From Microthyrium microscopicum (taxonomy: Eukaryota), in assembly GCA_010405405.1 (NCBI GenBank), contig MU004235.1, forward strand, positions 696,538 to 760,537: DNA of 64,000 nt, read 5' to 3'. The notes below the pieces were generated by a model, which saw only the letters and a program-made list of their open reading frames with translations, was not told the DNA's origin and did no database searches. The position numbers and the translations under genes are program-made. Positions 25,533 through 34,600 of the stretch are shown piece after piece. Each line of letters begins with the position of its first letter. Within the stretch, counting starts at the first letter, position 1.

Positions 25533-27935
25533 TTAACCCAGTTTGGCTTCGACATTGATCTCTTTGATGCCACCCGCCAGTCCCAATAGCACCGACTCGT
25601 TTGGCTGTAGCTGAGCTGGTTGGCCATCGACAGTTATACTCTGGATTTTCTTGCCTTTTGGCACCCTCAACTTAACCTCCGCATCTTTTGGTGCTCCTTT
25701 TGCAAACTGAACCTTGACCTTTACAGTGTTTGTCGACTTGTCAAGTCTGATTGAATAATTCACCGCACCCCAGCGCGTTGGGGCTTGTTTGATGCTAATC
25801 AGTTTTCCAGTATCCAGCCAAGCACGAGGAACAGCACGGCCAAGGTAAATCATATCATCATCTGGATGCTCAAGAACCAAAGCCCATCTCACGACATTGG
25901 GAATCGTCATTTGCGCAGGGATACAGAACGTTCCGGGATCACCATTTAGTCCAGAAACCTCAGCGGCCTTCCAAGCTCCACGCGAGTGGACATGGTATCG
26001 ATGACTATACATAAACAAAATGTATTCGTCCACTCGATCCTGTAAGATCAGGCCGTATGCATGTCCATAGGAAATGAAGCCAAGAAGATCTCTGGTATAT
26101 GGGTTGGGACCTCCTACATTGGCAGTGACACCAAGAGATGTAACTCCATACTCTCGCATAGTATCGAGTGCATGATTCGCCAAGTCTGCAGGTAAAACTG
26201 CAGCATGGACAAGTTCCGCGTAGAGTCGATGAGGCCAGTCCTGAGATGATGGCTTATCTGTTGCCATTGATTCCCTGACAGTCTTTTTCGTTCCCGGTAG
26301 AGGTGGAAGGTAGGCAGGCTTTCGGTCGGTCAATATTGACTGCTTCATAGACGCAACTGTACGATTGAGCAATTGATCGGCTCTACGTAGCCACTCTGTC
26401 GATTCGGATTTGAATAAAGACAAAGAGCTGATGTCACGCAATCCGCGAACTGAGAATGCGCTGTTTGCGAAATATGGCTTCCAGTACACGTCTGGATCTC
26501 CCTTGAGACAGGCATCAGATTCACTCCATCCATGTATCAATCCATGCCCAGGATTTGTGGTGGGTAACTTCAAAGCCTCGTTCTGTAGTTCAACCAATCC
26601 CTGAGCCGTAGCGACAATCTTTTTCTTGTACTTTTCAAGAAGAGCAATATCTCCAGTATATTTCGCGTACTTGGCCAGCAGTGAAAGCGTCATACCAAAT
26701 TGTGCTACTTCAGGTCCACGCATATTGACATCTCCAGAATCTGAAACAAACATCTCAAAGTAGTTTTCGATCACATCGTGGGCCATTTTAAATCGACCCC
26801 AATCAAGATTTGCGGCAAGTGAGCTGGTGAATATGTCCTGAAATCCATCATATTCCGATCCATAATAATCACGGTCTATCGCTCCGTACTTGGGATAAAT
26901 GCCTCCAGCGCGAACCATGAGTTCTTTGGCGAAGGCGTGCTTGGTAAAGTCTACCCAGCTTTGGTCCGGAAGAGTAAGTGCTGATACGTCGCCGACATGT
27001 TTATTCCAATAGCGTCCAAATCGGAAGAGAGCCGTATAGAACTCTTCGGGTGACGGTCCTTTACGATAAGGCCCAAATTCAGGGTACGTATGCGCGTAGA
27101 CGACTTGTGTGATTTTCCCATTCTTCATACTGGCTGTTCTGTGCCAACTTTGGATGATGAACGGATCTTTGGCGTCCACATCGCCAAATAGGATGAGCTC
27201 GGTAAACTCAGTGTTGCTCACAGGGTGTATTTTGCGCACGGCTGGCATCCATCCTCCAACATATCCTTCCCATCGTGTGGAACTACTCTTGACGGGGAAC
27301 TTTTGGATGGGGTGATATTGTTTCGTGCTACCATATCCAAAGACTGGAGCGTTATCATTCGCTTGAACATTACCGATGAAATGGGTCCAACTTGCTGGTG
27401 CGCCCGCAGCTCCTGGTCGCAAGCTTCCAAGTGGTGGAATGATGGCGGCTACTTTCTCTTCAATTGGCTCTCCATCTTTGAGCAGGTTGTCGGCTAAAAG
27501 GTCCTTTAATGCCATTCCAATGTCAGACATTTTCAATCCGGCGTTTCTCGGATATTTGGGATTTTCCTTGAAGAAAGATGCCTCGGAGTTCTTTGGGAAG
27601 ACTTCTTGCTTGCCATCTGGAGAAACGAATACAATGGGTCCATCTCTTTGGCTTAGATCCTCGTGGACAGTCCAGGTCACTCCGTCAACTTGAATTTGCG
27701 TCAACTTGGCTAAGCCCTGGACTGGAATGTCACCAGGAGTTGTCTCAGTCTCATTGATGGAACTACTGGAGTTGAGATACAGAGTACTTCGAAATGGAAG
27801 CCATTGATCGCTTTGAACAACCAGTGTATCTGTCATCGGGAGCTCAACAGCCTCATGAGCGCAGTTGCATAGCTGGGCCAAGAAGAAAAGACTCACTCCC
27901 CAACCCCAAGATAAGCGACGGCTGGTTGTCTGCAT
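25533..27935 (-). CDS. Secreted six-hairpin (alpha/alpha)6 glycosidase-like protein, intronless
   Basis: ~800-aa uninterrupted ORF with a hydrophobic N-terminal signal-like segment, Trp/Tyr/acidic motifs (YYGSEYDGFQDIF, GLIHGWSESD) and a C-terminal beta-domain (LGRAVPRAWL...APTRWGAVNYSI) typical of inverting-GH-like proteins. Exact family not determined. Confidence 0.7.
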   Translation of the reverse strand: MQTTSRRLSWGWGVSLFFLAQLCNCAHEAVELPMTDTLVVQSDQWLPFRSTLYLNSSSSINETETTPGDIPVQGLAKLTQIQVDGVTWTVHEDLSQRDGPIVFVSPDGKQEVFPKNSEASFFKENPKYPRNAGLKMSDIGMALKDLLADNLLKDGEPIEEKVAAIIPPLGSLRPGAAGAPASWTHFIGNVQANDNAPVFGYGSTKQYHPIQKFPVKSSSTRWEGYVGGWMPAVRKIHPVSNTEFTELILFGDVDAKDPFIIQSWHRTASMKNGKITQVVYAHTYPEFGPYRKGPSPEEFYTALFRFGRYWNKHVGDVSALTLPDQSWVDFTKHAFAKELMVRAGGIYPKYGAIDRDYYGSEYDGFQDIFTSSLAANLDWGRFKMAHDVIENYFEMFVSDSGDVNMRGPEVAQFGMTLSLLAKYAKYTGDIALLEKYKKKIVATAQGLVELQNEALKLPTTNPGHGLIHGWSESDACLKGDPDVYWKPYFANSAFSVRGLRDISSLSLFKSESTEWLRRADQLLNRTVASMKQSILTDRKPAYLPPLPGTKKTVRESMATDKPSSQDWPHRLYAELVHAAVLPADLANHALDTMREYGVTSLGVTANVGGPNPYTRDLLGFISYGHAYGLILQDRVDEYILFMYSHRYHVHSRGAWKAAEVSGLNGDPGTFCIPAQMTIPNVVRWALVLEHPDDDMIYLGRAVPRAWLDTGKLISIKQAPTRWGAVNYSIRLDKSTNTVKVKVQFAKGAPKDAEVKLRVPKGKKIQSITVDGQPAQLQPNESVLLGLAGGIKEINVEAKLG

Positions 27936-28021
27936 CTTGTCGATTGTGTGCTGGAAGGTGGGATTCAAGAAGAGATCACATCACTCGATTTTCTTACAGT
28001 CACATATGTACCTAAGTACTA

Positions 28022-28318
28022 GATAATATGTTGGAAGTTAAGGATTCCGCAATAAAAAGCTCGCGAGTGTCATCTATAGATCCATATAAAAAGTCAGCAC
28101 AGACTTTACCTGTGCGATAAAACAATTAAGAGGACCTGGAATAGCAGATAGTGCGATAATGGGCAAATGATAAGAATGTATGAACCGCAGGATAATAATC
28201 AGACAAGTACACACCTTGAAATGCCTAAGCATAAATCGCGTTATCCGCTTCAATGATGCATCAGCTGGAAATAACCGATTTTACAAACTGCTTTGAAGAT
28301 AGTAGGTAGGTTGCGATA
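28022..28318. promoter_or_regulatory. Cluster of GATA motifs upstream of the glycosidase-like gene
   Basis: GATA cores at 28022, 28116, 28147, 28155, 28169, 28191, 28241 (TTATC), 28298 and 28315; GTGCGATAA occurs twice. Confidence 0.45.
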
Positions 28319-29256
28319 CAGGGCCTGCAATAAACCTGTGCCTTAAGCTGTGCGTAGGGTTTTCATGCTCAACGGGTTTTTGCGGCTACTCCGAACCATA
28401 ACGAAAAACAGGCATTGTGCAAGGTATCGATATTGAGCTGTCATCGGAGCCAATTACCTTGATGTAGACCGCTCGATAGTAGTCCATTGCTGGCATCCAG
28501 ATTCCAAGAGTTTTGGTGCAATGTTGGGTTTGGCAGGTACACCACGCAGGACTAGTTGTGCACAAACACCACAAAGAACCTGAAGGACCTGGCTAGAGTG
28601 CCTAAGTACTCATGAGTTGAGATGCAAGCAGTTGAGCAGCATCATTGAGTGGTGGAGCATAGAATATGTCTGGATGGTGTCAGGACTTGGGACTGCCAGC
28701 AGCCAGCAGTACGTAGAGCCGAGGAGGATTTGCACCAAGCCGAAATCGGCATAAGATACTGTTACAACCTGCATTTTTGCTTAGGCATCTTGATGTCATT
28801 GTGGACAAACTGTACCTGTATGTAGACCTCTGATAATTACTGGTATCTGTAGCGCCACTCGCCGCTTTTGACACAAAGTGGAGTTTTCAAGTCATGGTCT
28901 ACTAGGTCTAGGCAACTGGATTCTGAAATCTCCAACTCCAATTTTGAGCATCGTCATCTGTTGTTTCTCATCTTCTCCCTTTCGTCTACCATGCTTATCA
29001 GTACTGTACCACCTTGAGCTGGTTTTGTTTAACCTCCAAGGTTGCGCCTAGGGTCGAGATACTCCCTATCGACCAGGCTGTTCATTCTACCATTTAGCGC
29101 GTCCTCGCCTTAATCCGTGCCTGGCACCTTGCTTGCTCAGAGCTGCTTGGCTGCAGTGCACGTTCGATTTCTTTCATCTCTGGCGAGCATTTGCTGCATT
29201 GGAGCTTTGCCCCACCTTGCTTTGACTTTGCTTGTCTACTAGGAGCTTTGTTTGCC

Positions 29257-31032
29257 ATGGCAGATAGAGCAGGCAGGCCCAGCATGGGCTCCGCTGAATT
29301 ATTTCGAAGAAAAAGCTCAACTCTCCATTATCAAACTTTTCCTAATGTCAAGCCCCCCGTTTCGCGTGGCCGACCCAACAATTCCTCTCGCTCCTCGGCC
29401 AGCCGCCTTGATCGCCAGTCCCTGAACGCTTCTCCGGATATGACGAATAACCACAATGAGTCGCCTCTACCCATCAGGCAGCTTGCAATCCTCGCTTTCA
29501 TTGCTCTGGCTGAGCAGACCGCCTTCAATTCCATCAGTCCATACCTCCCCGAGATGACGAGATCGTTTCCTGGAGTGAAAGATGGTCAAGAGGGATTGTA
29601 CGTTGGCTTGATAGCCTCAGCCTTTGCATTGGCTCAGTTCGTTACCAATTTCTTGTGGGGCTGGCTGTCGGATCGCATAGGACGCAAACCCGTCATAATA
29701 TTTGGGACAATCATGACAGCGATATGTTTTGCGTTATTCGGGTTTTGTACCAAGCTATGGCAGGCAGTGTTGATACAAGTGATTCTAGGACTTGCCAATG
29801 GAAACCAAGGACTAGTGTCCACTTGTCTGGGCGAAATCACGGATAGGAGCAACCAGTCGAAAGCATTCACCTATTTGCCGGTGCTTTATGGCCTGGGTGG
29901 AATTACTGGACCAGCTCTAGGCGGATTACTGGTTCTGGAAAACAACCCATTTGGAGAAGGTCCAAATCCATACCCTTATGCGCTCCCAAACCTGGTTTCC
30001 GCTCTCATATTGTTTATCGATGTAATCTGTATCATGATATTTCTTGAGGAGAGTCTGGATGGTGCCCAGGATTTACCTCCGCTCGGTGCTCGAGTTGGCC
30101 ACTTTTTCACTTGGCTATGGCAATTTATATCCTTCAGTACCAGGCCTACTTATCTGAAAAGAAAAAGCAGGTCATCTCGATCAGGAAACGAGACTGACAG
30201 CGGTGATGATAATGATGCACCATCTATGCTTCCCATCATTGGTGATGGTACTGTGCTGAGCAGAAAGGATGTGTTTACACGAGATACCATACTACTTTTA
30301 GCCGCTTTCCTGATATTTCAGCTCTCAAATGTGGCATACAATTCCCTTTACCCTATCTTTGGTGAGGCAGAGCCTCCCACTGGGCGAAGCCTGTCCACGA
30401 AAGAAATAGGTCTGTCAATTGCATTCGCTGGAGTGCTTACCATTGTGTTTCAAATATTCTTCTATGGCAGAATTCGGGAAAGGATTGGAAACAGAGCGTC
30501 CTTTCGCTTGAGCCATGGTCTTTTTGTCCTTGCATTTCTTATCATGCCCTTTGTAGGCTATTTGGACAAAACAGGATTTGAACAAGGGAAACGATGGGTC
30601 TGGGTCCAGTTGGGTGCCAGTCTCCTTCTAAAGACCGTTGCCACAGTTGGAGGTCTGACATCTGCGCTTTTGATGGTATGTGCACCTTCAAGCTGGTCAA
30701 ATCTGACGAGACCGCTAACACTGGCTTAGATCACCAATTCTGCTCCGAATCACGCAGTATTAGGACGCTTGAATGGTCTAGCTCAAACCTTGTCGGCTGC
30801 AGGTAGGGCAGTCGGGCCATTCCTCTCTGGATCTATATTTTCTGCGGCAACGCATATTCAACCTAAAGGCGAAGCGCTTGCATTTGGGCTGTTTGCTGGT
30901 ATTGCTTTCATAGGATTTTTGATAAGCTTTGGGATACAAAGTGAAGACCTCGAAGCTGAGGATTGGGAAGGGGAGCCAACTGACGATCTGGAAAATAGAC
31001 CTCTGCTACATTCGGATAATTCCGATTCATGA
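29257..31032 (+). CDS. MFS transporter (YCR023C/ZIFL-like 12-TMS type); intron 30676-30729
   Basis: SPLPIRQLAILA, SISPYLPEM, WGWLSDRIGRKPV, GLANGNQG...LGEITDRSNQ, M|ITNSAP...LGRLNGLAQTLSAAGRAVGP. GTATGT..GCTAAC..TAG intron restores frame. Confidence 0.92.
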
Positions 31033-31679
31033 TCGCTTTGGACTATTGAGAGACACAATCTCAGTGGTCGGTGGCACATACAATACGGTTTGATAACGAG
31101 ATAGATACCCCACAAGCACACAATATACAGTGCTTCACATTTTCAAGAAAAAAGGCTCCAGCAGAAGAAATCTCCAAGCCATTATACTTCGGCGATCAAT
31201 TTTTGGTGTCTCATTTATTGTTAATAGTACCCTACTTGCAATTCACTGCCCGACTTTAAACTGGTCCAAAAATGTACTTGCGCTCCAATCGATGATGATG
31301 AGCTTGACATTGCAATTCAACGACCAATGTTAGAAGTTCACACTTATAAATGAATGGAACTCTTGAAAACCGGATGTTGCAAATATTCAATTAATACAAA
31401 ATAAAACAGGGTAAAAAAGGCGGGTATTGCTCAAAAGTTTGCAAAATATCCCCGGTAGCCAAAGTACTCCAGGGGGCGTTGTAGTCGACCCGCCCTTGAT
31501 AATATTGATGTCACGGTCATTGACCAACGCCCTCCTGCCTTAGTTCTCAGATTATGCAGGAGTGGTTCATTGACCATCAACACAAATATAAACGTAGCTT
31601 GAGCTCTAAATTCAAATTCAACTTTGTAGCTTTTTCCTCTACGCTCATCAGTACGAAACCCAAGTCACCCAGTATCAAA

Positions 31680-34600
31680 ATGCCGCCTCGAAAGGCTGTT
31701 CACAAGCGCGCCAACTCAACGAAGGATATCACACCAGTGGCGTCAAAACGAGCCAAAAGACAGGTCGCGCTGCCGAATCGTGGCGCAAAATCGAAAGATA
31801 TTCGCTCGCCAACGCCAAAAGAGGAGGAAACCGATCTGGCTAGCTCTTCAGAAGATGATGATGCATCCGATTACGAAGTGGCAGAAGAACCTGAGATTGA
31901 GGAGGAATCTGAGCCGGAGTCGGACGCTTCTGCCGACGATGAAGTTCCCCAATCAAAGAGAAAGAGTACCAGCAGTAATGCCAGAATGAAATCTACACCT
32001 CAATCCAATAAGGGCACGCCAAAAGCAAAAGAACTACTCAAACCTGGAGTCAAAACTGGATTGGAACCTGGCACCCAGGTTGTGATCAAGAAACCGAAGG
32101 CTAGAACAGCAGGAAAGACACCATACACTGACGATACCATACATCCCAACACCATGCTTTTCCTGGGGGATCTTCGTCAGAACAACAATCGCGAGTGGCT
32201 CAAAAGTATGTTCGACCTCCCCCTTTCTTCCATTTTTCGCTGCACAATCTTTACTGTTCACAACGACCGTCCCTGCAGGTGCATAGAAGATACTGCGTAG
32301 TGTGTAACACGGCACTTTGCGAACAGGGATGGGACACTAACCACTAACTTGTTGTTTGGTTGTCTAGCTCGCCGGAAGACCGGGTCGGCAAGCGGCGGCG
32401 AGCATCGAGACAACCAAGACACCCATCTTCATCGTTCCTTGTGAAGGCTGATTGGCTGCGGATTAATGCTAACATGTTCCCTGGCTAGTGAATGATCCCG
32501 ATTATCGCACCAGCGTGAAAGATTTCAACGTATTCATTGAGCAACTGTCCGAAAAGGTCGTTGAGATCGATGACACTGTACCAGAGCTTCCTATCAAAGA
32601 CCTTGTAAGTCTTGTCTTCCGCCTTTATGTAGGAAACGATGGTCAAGCGCTATGAGATCGGTGCTGTGAAGCCCTGACTGACACAAATTCGGTGGCAGGT
32701 TTTCAGAATTCATCGCGACGTTAGGTTCAGCAAGGATCAAACGCCATACAAGGTCAGTTGGTGATCAATGAAAGTCCTTTGGGTAGCCAGCGAGCCTGCT
32801 ACTCACTCGATCCTTGCACTGAAGTGATGCTAACCGCCTCCAGACCGCATTTGCAGCATCTTGGTGAGTTGAGGCGTTCCGTTTTTGCTCCCGCCCGCTC
32901 ATTTTAGAAAGGAGCCGGACTGGCCGGAAAGGCCCATTCGCAAAATATTACTTTCACATCAAGCCTGGAGGCTCTGTCATAGGTGAGTAAGCTTTCTGTC
33001 GTCCCTCCCTAATATCGATCTATCAATCATTCACATGGAGCTGCCGTTTGGTGGAGTTTGCAAGATAGAGCAAGCTTTGGAAACGCCTTTTTAAGGTCCT
33101 TTGACAGAAATGGTGCTGGCTCTAGCGAGGATCTCCTTGCATTATGAGTGGCTCAGAGTCTCTACTGAGTCACGGCTAAGCGAAAATCCAGAGCCGGAGA
33201 TTTTGTTAGTACAGAGCCTCACAGCCCAGAGACAGTCGGTTGTTCGCTGCTTGACAGTCAATATGGCCCGCCAAACTTGCTTCAGCATCAGGAAGGCTCG
33301 TTTGAAGGCTATGTTTTCAAGTCAGGTCTGATGATCTGATCACGCCACGAGGTTTTGTAACCATCTATTTGTATACACGAATTTGCAGATCGCGGCCCTC
33401 ACCAGCGTGAACATTGAGTCGAATTTCGAGGCTGATCTTAGCGGCTCGTCTTCGAGATGGCTAAACACTACTGGGTTGGGATATGATGCATCACGAGCAT
33501 TACGACAGTCCATCAGCGTTATGCTTGATGAAGCTCATGATTTCAATCCTTTGCTCTCTAGTCTTCTCTTGGGAAGTCAATTTGACAAAATCTATCCACC
33601 GCCGATCTAGTATTCTTCTGATACACGAAGATAGCTAGGAGCACCTCATCTTTCAGACTTCATGTAGCTTCAGAAGTCCTTGTTATTGCTAACGCATTGC
33701 CTAGTTGGTGGACTATGGCAACCAGAAGCCTCTGAGCTGGCTTCTCTACGACGGGCTATAGATCGACGTTCTGCTCGACTGAAGGCGGTTCTGCGAAATG
33801 CAGATTTGCGCAAAGAGTTTTTCGGTGGTGTCGCGGACGACGATAAGAAGGTAGTAGGGAAGTTTGTGGCGATGAATAAGGAGAGCGCGTTGAAAACTAA
33901 GCCAAAAGTGAGTCTACTATTTTCATACTTCTGCGAGCCGCAGGCTATCTTGCAATGCGCGAAGATGCTCTGCTTAGAGAGCGCTTCCTCTTTCTGTTTT
34001 CTCCGTGAAGGCCGCATGGCGGTGCCACTGCTCAATGACCCGCTGCATGGCATCATGACACGCAGAGCGTGTTGTCGACATACATAACTTCACTCGTTCT
34101 AGCCGAGAACAGCTTTTCGAGCTACTAACGTGAATTTGTTGGGTATTTTGGGCATAACGGAGCGCGAAAGGGGTGTTCTTCAAGGTGTTGAGTGGCTAGA
34201 AGCTCACTGACTGAAGGAGGAGATTGGAGATGGACCCCTTATTTCCAAACAGGTGCACAGTGGGCCTTGTTTGCACTATGGAGCAAAACAGCAGCGACAG
34301 CAACGATCACTGGAAAAGCAGGATTGAAATCATTCTCGGAACGTCTCTCTAGAACTTTGAGATGACCTTTGATGATTACTCAAATAACTGTTCATGTGTT
34401 TGGCTCAAAACTGAAGTTCTGGTCCACTACTTCCAGCTAAACATGCAAACCGACCTGCTTTGTGGCCGTGAATCGTGCAAGCTGATATACGGCCACCCGC
34501 CCATTTACGCCTGAAACCTCAACATAGCTTATGCGGATCACTCGAGAACCAGCAATTGGCACAAGATGTACTTTGCTACTGGGTACTGTTGCATTACATA

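Noticed and set aside
32983..32992. GTGAGTAAGC overlapping donors as a stwintron (nested intron)
   Set aside because: GTGAGT is already a perfect donor, and no internal branch point plus AG|GT was found that would rebuild an outer donor.
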